This document shows, in pieces, positions 9,672 to 18,962 of a DNA stretch of 64,000 nt; position 1 is the stretch's first letter; each line of letters opens with the position of its first letter. The notes beneath the pieces are model-generated. The model ran no database searches. It had not been told where the DNA came from and saw nothing but the letters and a program-made list of their open reading frames with translations. Position numbers and translations under genes: made by a program. Origin of the DNA: an uncultured Verrucomicrobiae bacterium (lineage in GTDB: Bacteria; Verrucomicrobiota; Verrucomicrobiia; Chthoniobacterales; JAATET01); NCBI GenBank assembly GCA_963719495.1, contig CAVRCI010000002.1, forward strand, positions 320,001 through 384,000, read 5' to 3'.

Positions 9672-11132
9672 ATGCTAAAACGAACCAATAAACTGGCGTC
9701 TCTCGCGATCGCCGCTGTCTTCGCCCTCGGCGGAGCGATGCCGATCGTGACCCACGCCCAGGATGCCGCCGTCGAAGAGACGACGGTCGTGACAGAAGAA
9801 GCCGTGGCTGCGGAACCCGAAGAGGAATTGACGCCCGGCGAAGCCGCCATGGCTGCCTTCACGGAAGACGCGGCTTACTCGAAATTCATGGTCGACAACT
9901 TGTGGATCCTCATCGCTGCGGCGTTGGTTTTCATCATGCACCTTGGATTCTCCTGCGTTGAGACCGGCCTTTGCCGCTCGAAGAACACGACGAACATTCT
10001 GTTCAAAAACGTGTTCATCGTTTGCATGGGTGGACTCACCTACGCGATGTGGGGCTTCAATGCCATGTATCCCGGTGACTACGCGGGAGTCGTGGGCACC
10101 CCTGACCAAGCTTGGAACGGGTTTTTTGCGATGGGTTCCCCGATCGCAAACAGCTTCGCCGACGGTGACATGGTCGGAAATCTGACGAATGAGTACGCCG
10201 ACTACACCTACTGGTCTGACTTCATCTTCCAGGCGATGTTTGCCGCGACTGCGGCGACGATCGTTTCCGGTGCCGTTGCTGAACGCATCAAGCTTGGACC
10301 ATTCATGATCGCGGCGACTCTGCTCGTGACCTTTGCTTACCCAGTGACCGGTTCCTGGCAGTGGGGCACAGGTTGGCTTTCCGAAATGGGATTCTACGAC
10401 TTCGCCGGATCCAGTCTGGTGCACGCCTTCGGCGGTTACGCGGCTTTGGCCGGTGTCATCATTCTTGGGCCTCGTCTTGGCAAGTATCTGCCCGGCGGCA
10501 AGGTCAAGCCGGTCCTCGGTCACAGCATGCCACTCGCCACGATCGGTGTGTTCATGCTCTTCCTTGGCTGGTTCGGCTTCAACGGCGGTTCGGTGCTCAG
10601 TGCTGATCCCGTTCTCGTCTCGCTGGTCTTCGTGACCACGGCACTCGCTGGCTTCGCCGGTGGTATCGGTGCGGCCTTCACCTCGTGGATCGTGCTCAAG
10701 AAGCCTGATCTCTCGATGGCGCTCAACGGAATGCTCGCCGGTCTGGTCGGCATCACCGCGGGTGCGGATTCGATCATGCCCTGGTGGGCGGTCGTTGTCG
10801 GCCTCATCGCCGGTATCATCGTGGTCTTCTCGGTGGTCATCATCGACAAGCTCAAGATCGACGATCCAGTCGGTGCCATCTCGGTGCACGGCGTCTGCGG
10901 TAACTGGGGAACGATCGCGGTCGGTATCTTCGGCGGCATGAACATCGTCACTCAGATCATCGGAACGGTGGCCATCTCGGTCTTCGCGTTCGTCGCCTCG
11001 TTCATCATCTTCCTGGTGGTGAAAATGGTACTCGGCCTTCGCGTGAGCGAGGAGGAGGAAATCGGCGGTCTCGACATTGGCGAGCACGGTCAGGAGGCCT
11101 ACCCGGACTTCGCACCCGTCTCGGAACTCTAA
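9672..11132 (+). CDS. amtB: Ammonium transporter
   Basis: FQAMFAATAATIVSGAVAER, DFAGSSLVH, GWFGFNGGS, DDPVGAISVHG. Confidence 0.96.
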   Translation: MLKRTNKLASLAIAAVFALGGAMPIVTHAQDAAVEETTVVTEEAVAAEPEEELTPGEAAMAAFTEDAAYSKFMVDNLWILIAAALVFIMHLGFSCVETGLCRSKNTTNILFKNVFIVCMGGLTYAMWGFNAMYPGDYAGVVGTPDQAWNGFFAMGSPIANSFADGDMVGNLTNEYADYTYWSDFIFQAMFAATAATIVSGAVAERIKLGPFMIAATLLVTFAYPVTGSWQWGTGWLSEMGFYDFAGSSLVHAFGGYAALAGVIILGPRLGKYLPGGKVKPVLGHSMPLATIGVFMLFLGWFGFNGGSVLSADPVLVSLVFVTTALAGFAGGIGAAFTSWIVLKKPDLSMALNGMLAGLVGITAGADSIMPWWAVVVGLIAGIIVVFSVVIIDKLKIDDPVGAISVHGVCGNWGTIAVGIFGGMNIVTQIIGTVAISVFAFVASFIIFLVVKMVLGLRVSEEEEIGGLDIGEHGQEAYPDFAPVSEL

Positions 11133-11153
11133 TCGGAGAATCGAACAGATTAA

Positions 11154-11498
<345 letters not shown>

Positions 11499-11552
11499 CG
11501 CCAGCCACCATTGCGCCGGGGGGACACCTCCGGTGTGAGGCTAGAGCCATTC

Positions 11553-11586
11553 AGGGCGGTCCGACGAAAGTCGGGCCGCCCTTTTT
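11553..11586 (+). terminator. Intrinsic terminator of amtB-glnK
   Basis: GGGCGGTCCGAC-GAAA-GTCGGGCCGCCC + T5. Confidence 0.85.
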
Positions 11587-11630
11587 GCGTTCGGATGGAG
11601 CACTGGGACACGATTGGCCATTACCCGGAG

Positions 11631-11795
11631 GGTAGGGAAGCTGCGCCGCCGGGTTCCCATTTTTGGTCAGAGGTTGTGAGGGGCTCCCGGTAATCGGGCG
11701 CTACTACGCTGACTTGTTGGCAGGGCGGAAAGTTGGGTGTGAGTTCGTGCGACCGGGGTGAAAGTCACGGAACCCGGCGGCGCGGCTTCCCTACC
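11631..11795. repeat. Inverted pair of GTAG-type REP elements (family A)
   Basis: GGTAGGGAAGCTGCGCCGCCGGGTTCC (11631-11657) and near reverse complement (11769-11795); single copies at 15756, 30323, 39599. Confidence 0.75.
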
Positions 11796-11939
11796 TTACC
11801 TGGACGATGGCTCGGCTGACGCCGAAGGAGGTGACGGCAGGCTTAACCGCCCCATTCCCTTTTGGAGCGGAGCGCAAATCATCGCGGCTTTTATTCTTCG
11901 CTGGGTTGAACGGGGTGAACCGTCAAACGGGGTAAGTGG

Positions 11940-12206
11940 CGAATGGCGCTGTTTTAGGCGGATTTTCGGTGAAGAGCGCAAGGAAGTGAGGACGGCTTGG
12001 AGGCCGTCCCGCGCGAGATCATTGGCAACCCGGGTCTTTTCGATCAACGCTGACGGTGTTGGTGGTGTGAGCGCGAAGTTGTAGCGGCGCGTCTGTGACC
12101 GCCGCCAACCATCTCGCTGAGTTTGCGCACCCGAGTTTGACGGCTCCGGCGGTCACAGACCGCCGCTACACCCCTGCCGACGATCCGCTCAAAACAGTGC
12201 CATTCG
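11940..12206. mobile_element. MITE (267 bp) with imperfect 24-bp TIRs and 9-bp target-site duplication
   Basis: CGAATGGCGCTGTTTTAGGCGGAT ... ATCCGCTCAAAACAGTGCCATTCG (21/24 match); GGTAAGTGG directly repeated at 11931-11939 and 12207-12215. Confidence 0.8.
12081..12169. repeat. Inverted GTAG REP pair inside the MITE
   Basis: GTAGCGGCGCGTCTGTGACCGCCG ... CGGCGGTCACAGACCGCCGCTAC. Confidence 0.75.
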
Positions 12207-12296
12207 GGTAAGTGGCCATTAGCGAGGATGAAAGACCTTTATTCATGCGACGCGGTGTTGCGGGTGAGGGTTTGACGGCTTCGCCGTTTGGGTTGG

Positions 12297-12325
12297 TTCG
12301 GCGATTGCAAATCGCCGCTCCTTGA
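12297..12325 (-). repeat. GGAG-type REP element (family B, representative copy)
   Basis: TTCGGCGATTGCAAATCGCCGCTCCTTGA; related copies at ~18931, 36275, 46961, 47027, 48163, 51584, 51649, 55550. Confidence 0.8.
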
Positions 12326-12330
12326 TGGGC

Positions 12331-12957
12331 TCACGATTTGGCGTTCGTTGGAGTTCGCGTTGGCCAGATCAGCCAGCCGTAGGCCAGGTGGTAGAGGCCG
12401 AAGGTGCAGCCCATGATCCAGTATCCGGCGATGGTGAAGTCGAGCCGGATCAGGAGATCGAGACGGGTGCAAAGGAGGCTCAGAAGGCAAAGACCGCTGA
12501 GCAGGAAGATCCAGCCGAGCGCGAGCAAGGAGCGGGGTGCGAACGCGTGCGTTGCGAGGAGAGCGAGGCCGTAGAAAATCATCCAAAACCCGGCGGTGGC
12601 GAGGGGTTGCATGTGGGTGGTGGCGGCGGCGAACGAGACCGCGGCGGCGGCGAGGAATGACGGGAGGACGACGGCGGCGACGAGGCCGGTGCGTGGGGAC
12701 AAGAGCGGCTCACCCCGCCGGACGGCGTCGCGCCACAGGCTTCCGACGAGGATCGCGATGGCGAGCACGGCAACGGAAAGCCAGATCAGCTCGAATCCGA
12801 AGGCGTGCAGCCGCGACGGCCGGGCCGAGAGGGTGACGGCGGCGGTGAGCGCGATGGCTCCGACGCCGAGCGACACGGGAGCGAGGACCCGCCGATGGGC
12901 TTCGGATCGCTCGGAGAGTTCGGCGAGAATCTCCAGTCGACGGGACGCGGGCCTCAC
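12331..12957 (-). CDS. Hypothetical membrane protein (about 6 TM)
   Basis: Hydrophobic C-terminal part of ORF 12331..13332; GTG start overlaps the upstream stop (GTGA). Confidence 0.7.
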   Translation of the reverse strand: MRPASRRLEILAELSERSEAHRRVLAPVSLGVGAIALTAAVTLSARPSRLHAFGFELIWLSVAVLAIAILVGSLWRDAVRRGEPLLSPRTGLVAAVVLPSFLAAAAVSFAAATTHMQPLATAGFWMIFYGLALLATHAFAPRSLLALGWIFLLSGLCLLSLLCTRLDLLIRLDFTIAGYWIMGCTFGLYHLAYGWLIWPTRTPTNAKS

Positions 12958-14483
12958 GGCCGGTTCAACTCCGGTGGACGGATGGGCGGATCGATGAGCG
13001 AATCCCGGAAGTCCTCGACGCTGCGGGCCTCGCGGGCGGGCTGACGGGTGGGGTAGAAATCGCGGCGCAGAAGCTGGCCAACCGTGTAGGCCGGACGGCG
13101 GGCGGGCACGTCGATGAACGCGACCGCGGCGTCGAGGTCGGGACCGGGGAGGAAGCCCACGGCGTGGCCGATGCGGGGGTAGACGTAGTTGGTTCCCATC
13201 GGGAATCGTTCGCGGATGGTGGCTCCGCCGGAGGCGGGAGTCTGCGCGTCCATCTGACCATTGAGGAAGAGCGTCTGCACGTTGCTGAACGGGAGTCTGC
13301 GCGTCGTTCCCGGCCGGTAGGGCACGGTCCACGATTCGATGATGGCGGCGAGCTGGATGAGGCTTGTTCCCGGGACGTTGCGAAGAACGGGACGCGGATC
13401 GGCGTTCACGTTGGTGATCGTATCGGTGGTGTAGTTTGGCGCGGCGAAATCGGTGGCCAGGGTCGAGAGATACATTCCGAAAGAATTCGGTCCGGCGTCA
13501 CCGCCGCCGGATGACGAGGGCGGAAAAAATCGGGCCGGGAGTTGGCTGAGCGGACCCCGCTCGAGCTGCTGGACGAGCAGAGGAACGAGGCGGATCGTCT
13601 CGGTGCGTTGGAGGAGCGCGGAGGTGAGCGAAAGCAAGTTGCGACCGGAGACGGAGGATTGACCGGCTGCCGTTTCGAATTCGAGCGGATTACGATCCAG
13701 CCGGGCGACGAGTCGAAAGTAGCGGTCGCGCAGATTGCGATATTGGCGGCGCGCCCGGCGGTTCCGTTCCACGTCGCGGAAGAGGGCTTCGAGTCCCTCC
13801 CGCTGGATCTCGAGGCTGGTCGGAATGAACGAATCCGTGGCCGGGGAGTTGCCGGTCATCACCATGGCTCGGACGCTGGGCGAGTGGCGTCGGAGATACT
13901 CCTGCGCGACGAAGGTGCCGTAGGAATTCGCGACGACGTTGATGCGTTCGTAGCCGAGGGCGACGCGGACGTTTTCGTAGTCTTCGGAGATCTCCGTCGT
14001 GTTGTAGCCGGAGGGATCGATGCCGGCGGAGCGAAGCGCACCGAAGTTCCGCGACGTGAAGGCGGCGATCGTGCGGCCGCCGGCTGGGGTGCCGAGGACG
14101 GGGATGGAGAGGCCGGCTCCGCGGGGGTCGGCGAAGACGATGTCGCGGTCTTCGTTGAGGGCTTCGAAGAGCGGAATGCCGGAGCTCGAGAGCGTGGCGG
14201 AGCCGCCGGGACCGCCGACGAAGTAGAAAACGGGGTCGGGCCGCGGATTTGCGGAGCGCGCGGCCACGACGACGACGGCGACCGAGATGCGGCGGTCGTT
14301 CGCGGGATTTCGGCGATTTTCCGGGACGCTGACGTAGCCGAAGGTGGCGCGGTCGGCGTTCGCGGCGGCGGCGAGGGCGGCGGGTTTGTCGGCGGGGGTG
14401 AATTGGGCGGGGGCGCTGGTGGAAGCGGCGAAGAGGAGGGCGGCGAGGGTGGTTGATGGTGTGAAAATTCCGCGGCCGCTCAT
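12954..14483 (-). CDS. Secreted alpha/beta hydrolase (TAP-like peptidase/esterase)
   Basis: Signal peptide; FYFVGGPGGS, DPRGAGLS, ANSYGT nucleophile elbow, GQMDAQTP, GHAV. Confidence 0.85.
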   Translation of the reverse strand: MSGRGIFTPSTTLAALLFAASTSAPAQFTPADKPAALAAAANADRATFGYVSVPENRRNPANDRRISVAVVVVAARSANPRPDPVFYFVGGPGGSATLSSSGIPLFEALNEDRDIVFADPRGAGLSIPVLGTPAGGRTIAAFTSRNFGALRSAGIDPSGYNTTEISEDYENVRVALGYERINVVANSYGTFVAQEYLRRHSPSVRAMVMTGNSPATDSFIPTSLEIQREGLEALFRDVERNRRARRQYRNLRDRYFRLVARLDRNPLEFETAAGQSSVSGRNLLSLTSALLQRTETIRLVPLLVQQLERGPLSQLPARFFPPSSSGGGDAGPNSFGMYLSTLATDFAAPNYTTDTITNVNADPRPVLRNVPGTSLIQLAAIIESWTVPYRPGTTRRLPFSNVQTLFLNGQMDAQTPASGGATIRERFPMGTNYVYPRIGHAVGFLPGPDLDAAVAFIDVPARRPAYTVGQLLRRDFYPTRQPAREARSVEDFRDSLIDPPIRPPELNRP

Positions 14484-14655
14484 TGGTTGGCGATGGCTGT
14501 AATGGTGAATCAAGGTGGTGTCAAATGTTGAGCGGAAGCGGGAGAACGTGCGGCTTCGCCGTTGGGCACCGGTCCCGGCAGGATGCCCGGGACGACGGGC
14601 GGGATGCCTGTTTTCCCCCTGGCTGAGACGGTGTTAGGTTGCGGTTTGTTTTCGT

Positions 14656-15711
14656 ATGCGGAAGATCATTCACCTCGACATGGACTGTTTCTACGCGGCG
14701 GTCGAGATGCGCGAGCGGCCGGAGTTGCGGGACCGGCCGATTGCGGTTGGTGGCGGATCGTCGCGGGGGGTGGTGACGACGTGCAATTACGCGGCGCGGG
14801 AATTTGGCGTGCGATCGGCGATGCCGGGGTTCATGGCTCGGCAGCTCTGTCCCGAGATCGTGTTTGTCCCGACGAGGTTCGAACTTTACCGGGAGGCCTC
14901 GGCGAGGGTGCGCGAGATCATGCACCGTTACACGGATCTGGTGGAGCCGCTCTCGCTGGACGAGGCGTATCTGGACGTGACGGATTCCGGGCGCTACGCG
15001 TGGGACATCGCGAAGGAAATGCGGGCGGCGATCTTTGCGGAGACGCAGCTCACGGGATCGGCGGGGATCGCGGCGAACAAGATGCTGGCGAAGATCGCGA
15101 GTGATTGGCGGAAACCGAACGGGCAGTTCGCGATCCTGCCGGAGAACGTGGAGGCGTTCATGCGCGAACTGCCGGTGGGGCGGATCTGGGGGGTGGGGCC
15201 GAAGGCGAAGGCGAAGCTGGAGGCGCAGGGCGTGCGCGTATGCGGCGATCTCCAGGATTGGTCGGTGGCGGAGCTGGTGGGGCGGTTCGGGCGGTGGGGG
15301 GAGGAGCTTTACGCGCTGTGTCGGGGGGAGGACGACCGGCTGGTGCGGCCGCACCGGCCGCGCAAGTCGATGAGCAACGAGCGGACGTTCAGCCGCAACC
15401 TGGTGACGCTGGCGGAATGTGAAGAGGCCCTCGATACTTTGATCGACGAGCTGCTGGCGGATCTGCGGGAGAAATGCGCGGAACGGGCGATTCGGTCGGC
15501 GGTGGTGAAGGTGAAGTTCGCGGACTTCACCCGGACGACTCGGGAGTGCGTTTGCGCGGTGCCGACGCGGGACGTGTTTCTCGGGTTGCTGGGGGAAGCT
15601 TGGGCGCGGCAGCCTTTGCCCGTGCGTCTGCTGGGGGCCGGGGTGCGGTTTGTCGACGTAGCGGGTGATGACGACGAGGATGAGGAGGGTGGGCAGATGG
15701 CGCTTTTGTGA
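14656..15711 (+). CDS. dinB: DNA polymerase IV
   Basis: IIHLDMDCFYAAVE, SLDEAYLDV, KIASDWRKPNG. Confidence 0.96.
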   Translation: MRKIIHLDMDCFYAAVEMRERPELRDRPIAVGGGSSRGVVTTCNYAAREFGVRSAMPGFMARQLCPEIVFVPTRFELYREASARVREIMHRYTDLVEPLSLDEAYLDVTDSGRYAWDIAKEMRAAIFAETQLTGSAGIAANKMLAKIASDWRKPNGQFAILPENVEAFMRELPVGRIWGVGPKAKAKLEAQGVRVCGDLQDWSVAELVGRFGRWGEELYALCRGEDDRLVRPHRPRKSMSNERTFSRNLVTLAECEEALDTLIDELLADLREKCAERAIRSAVVKVKFADFTRTTRECVCAVPTRDVFLGLLGEAWARQPLPVRLLGAGVRFVDVAGDDDEDEEGGQMALL

Positions 15712-15813
15712 CGCTGGAATCGGTTTCGATTCAAGACGATTTGCCTGGAGGCGACGGAACGCGCGGCGCGCCTTCCCTACCTTGGATGGGGCGGCGCTGC
15801 GCGCCTTGGTGGA

Positions 15814-17142
15814 TTACTCCGATGTCTCTTTTTCCGGACGGTCCAGCGTCTCGAGCAGGTGTTGGTGGCGCTCTTCGACGTCGGCGAGGTCATGGATCTG
15901 TTGGACGTCGCGGCGGGCCGTTTCGACGACCATCGATCCGTGCGCGCGGAGGGTCGCCATTCGCTCGGGCCGGTCGACCGCTTCGGCGACGCAGGTGATG
16001 ACTTCGAGGAGACGGATGAGCACCCCGACGGAACCGCGGGCGTTTTGACGGATTTGGTTGAAGGCGGAGTTGAAGAGTCCGTCGAAGGTGGTGGCGTGAA
16101 GGACGACTCGCAGCTTGCCATCGGTGTCGTGGCGCTGCGGTGGTTCGTCCGGGCGGAGGCTCAGACGGCGGATGGATGATCCGAGGCGGTCGATGCAGGC
16201 AATGGCGGTGAAGGGATCGTTGATTCCGGGGGAAAGCGAACGGACGGCGACTTCGACGAGTTGGAGGATGCCGTATTCGACGTCCTGCGTCGGCGTGCGG
16301 GTGCGACCCATGATGATCAAGAGCCGGATGCGGCGGTGGATGTCGTCGTCGAGGCGCGGGTAGACCTCCGCGATGTCGTCCCCGTCCGCGATGAAATCAC
16401 CCGGGCGACGGGTGAATCGAATGACGAGATCGTTCTTGGCGGCTAGTTTGGCCACGCCGTCGAGGTCGATCCCTTGCACGTAGTCGCCCTTCGAGACGAA
16501 GATCTTCTCGCATTTCTCGTCGAAGTCGGCGGGGAGTTCGCTGTCGGGGCGGGGCTCGTCGACATCCGGAAACTCATCCGGGTAGAGGCGGTTGATGGTG
16601 CGGCGGAGGTCCTCGTCGACGGCGCTCACGATCTGATCGGCTTGAATCTGCTCGGCGATGTGATGGATGAAAAAAATGAGGACGCCGGTGCTGAGAATGG
16701 CGAGGACCAGAGCACCGGTGGCTGCAATTTGGGGGACGAAGGCCTCCTCGCCGCCGCGAATGGTGCGGAGAATGAGCAGCGAGTAGACGAAGGTGGCGAC
16801 AAACGTGCCCATTGTGAACTGGCTCGAGCGGTCGCTCATGAAGTTGCGCAAAAGGCGGGGGCCGAACTGGCCGGAGGCGAGCGTGAGCGCGACGATGGTG
16901 ATGGAGAAGACGACGCTGGTGACGGACATCATCGCGCCGACGATGGCGGAGAGGACGTTGCGGGCGCCTTCGGCTCCGCCGGCGTAGATCCAGCCCGGAA
17001 GGTCGATTTCAGAAAACTGCACGTGGCGGTCGAACGCGACGGCACCGATCGCAATCGCGGCGGCGAAGGTGACCATCAAGCTGGGGACGAACCAGTAGTT
17101 GGCCCGGAGGGATTCCCAGATTTTGGTGAGCCGAACTTTCAT
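15814..17142 (-). CDS. DUF2254-family membrane protein
   Basis: YWFVPSL, LASGQFGPRLL, RSLSPGINDPFTA; ATGA-coupled to the upstream gene. Confidence 0.85.
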   Translation of the reverse strand: MKVRLTKIWESLRANYWFVPSLMVTFAAAIAIGAVAFDRHVQFSEIDLPGWIYAGGAEGARNVLSAIVGAMMSVTSVVFSITIVALTLASGQFGPRLLRNFMSDRSSQFTMGTFVATFVYSLLILRTIRGGEEAFVPQIAATGALVLAILSTGVLIFFIHHIAEQIQADQIVSAVDEDLRRTINRLYPDEFPDVDEPRPDSELPADFDEKCEKIFVSKGDYVQGIDLDGVAKLAAKNDLVIRFTRRPGDFIADGDDIAEVYPRLDDDIHRRIRLLIIMGRTRTPTQDVEYGILQLVEVAVRSLSPGINDPFTAIACIDRLGSSIRRLSLRPDEPPQRHDTDGKLRVVLHATTFDGLFNSAFNQIRQNARGSVGVLIRLLEVITCVAEAVDRPERMATLRAHGSMVVETARRDVQQIHDLADVEERHQHLLETLDRPEKETSE

Positions 17143-17822
17143 GCGGGGGGTTGAGGTGAACGGCTGCAACGCCAGGTTCGGACTTCGTCTTGAAACATTG
17201 CGAAGCTTCGCGAACTCGCGGCGGCGGCGTCCAAGTCTCGATTGGCGGCGGCGAAGAAATAGTCGTCGAGCGATGAGCCCAGGCTTTCGGCGTTTGTGTC
17301 GCGAAGCTTTTTCAGCTGGGGAGGGGGATTGCTTCCGTAGTAGAGCCGGGCGAGTTGCTGCTTGGCGTCACTGAAAATCGGGAGGTCGATGAGGTTGGGA
17401 TCGTGAAGAATGAGGAGCCAGCTCTCGATCATTTCGACGGGGATTGCCAAGGCCACGTCAATGGGCCATTTCGAGCGATCCTCGCCGAGGGCGGACTCGA
17501 GCATTTTTGTCAGTTCCTGATGCCGCGGTCTCTTTTTGCGATCGACGCCTGCGAGCGGGCGGGGCAAGGGATCCGCGCTTGGGTGTCCGGGCGCCCGGTC
17601 GTTGTCGATGGCGATCACAACCGCGGCATCTTGATTGCCCTTCCAATGACGAATTCCGCTGATCAAAAGGCGAGCTTTTTCCATGGCGGTTTTCCAGTTT
17701 TCGCCGGGACGAAGTTGATAGTTGGAGGGGCGTTCAAAAGTTTGTCCGGTGATGCGCTCGCAGAGCGATTCGTAGAAGGCATCATCGCGCAATCCCTCGC
17801 ACAGGACGTAAAGGTAGGTCAT
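17139..17822 (-). CDS. TOPRIM-like (DUF4276/RloB-like) protein, partner of the ATPase
   Basis: VLCEGLRD (EGxxD), IAIDND (DxD), MIESWLL, SRSFAMF. Confidence 0.65.
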   Translation of the reverse strand: MTYLYVLCEGLRDDAFYESLCERITGQTFERPSNYQLRPGENWKTAMEKARLLISGIRHWKGNQDAAVVIAIDNDRAPGHPSADPLPRPLAGVDRKKRPRHQELTKMLESALGEDRSKWPIDVALAIPVEMIESWLLILHDPNLIDLPIFSDAKQQLARLYYGSNPPPQLKKLRDTNAESLGSSLDDYFFAAANRDLDAAAASSRSFAMFQDEVRTWRCSRSPQPPA

Positions 17823-17882
17823 CCGAGACTACGGGTTGGCGGCGGATCTGGTGTCGGGGACGCCCCCAACGAAGCCGCTATA

Positions 17883-18803
17883 CTAGAGGCTGCCGAGCGG
17901 GACGTCGTCCGGATCGACCTCATCGTAATTCAGCCTTTCGAGCTTCTTCGTCAGCGTCGTGAGGGTGCTGGCACCTTCTTTCTTCTCGACGACAATCACC
18001 GCATCCTTGTGATCCTTGAAGCAGTCGACGAGGTAAGGATTCTGAGTGGTGGCGATGATGTTGATCTCGTTCCGCTCGGCGATGTCGCGGATCAATGGGG
18101 CAACCATGGAGAAGAGGCGCGGGTGCATGCCCCGGTCGATGTCTTCGAGTAGAATGATCGCGGGAGGGATCTCCTGATGGAGAATCGTGAGAATGCAGAG
18201 GATCAGGCGGGTGCCTTCGGAGAGTCCGCTGGCGGGGACGGGGTCTTTAAGGCCGCGTTCGCGGACTTGGATTTGTCGCACGCCGTCGCCGACGTTTTTG
18301 AGACTGAGCTTTTCGACTTCCGGGACGTGTTGCCGGAAATTTGTCTCTATCGCTTTGAAGAGATCCTCACGGTCGCCGCTTTTCAAAGAGTCTAATACCT
18401 GGCAGGTGCCTGATCCGGTTTCGCCCACCTGCGGTGAAATGACCGAAATTTCTGGTTCTGAGATCTGGTTCGAATCGAGGTTGAAAATCGGAACGGATTT
18501 TTCCGACCATTCGCCTTCAGCGAAACCGAAGGCGGAAGGTGAATTCGTCAGTGTAAAAAAATCACCCGTGGCTAACGTAATTTTAGTGCCAACCTCGGCA
18601 GAAGGATGATTCTGATGGCGGACCCACTCGTAGCCCTCTGCCTGACACATACGATCGGGAGCTGATGACGATACCACTTTCAAAAATCGCAAAAAATTCG
18701 ACTTCCCGCTCCCGTTAGCCCCAACGACCAGCGAGAACGGCTGGAGGTCGACTTCGGCGTCGACGAAGGATCGGAAGTTTTGGATGCGGACGTGCGTGAT
18801 CAT
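17883..18803 (-). CDS. ABC-type AAA ATPase (AAA_21-like), possibly truncated by a premature TAG
   Basis: IQNFRS, VGANGSGKSN, LSEGTRL, LLEDIDRGMHP; frame stays open past the TAG to 17829. Confidence 0.85.
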   Translation of the reverse strand: MITHVRIQNFRSFVDAEVDLQPFSLVVGANGSGKSNFLRFLKVVSSSAPDRMCQAEGYEWVRHQNHPSAEVGTKITLATGDFFTLTNSPSAFGFAEGEWSEKSVPIFNLDSNQISEPEISVISPQVGETGSGTCQVLDSLKSGDREDLFKAIETNFRQHVPEVEKLSLKNVGDGVRQIQVRERGLKDPVPASGLSEGTRLILCILTILHQEIPPAIILLEDIDRGMHPRLFSMVAPLIRDIAERNEINIIATTQNPYLVDCFKDHKDAVIVVEKKEGASTLTTLTKKLERLNYDEVDPDDVPLGSL

Positions 18804-18962
18804 GCCGAATCATTTCATTCAAACCCAAGGACCCTTTGAAGGCGAGAGGTTCGTGGTGGGCAACCGGGGGTGGAAGTGAGCTTCGCTTTGGGTTGGGTCG
18901 GCAGCCGGAGCGGAGCGGAGACGGGCGAAGCCAATTGAAAATCGCCGCTCCTTGAAGAGGGC

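Noticed and set aside
11758..12084. Short ORFs across the MITE/REP region
   Set aside because: They span repeat and element boundaries and show no protein-like features
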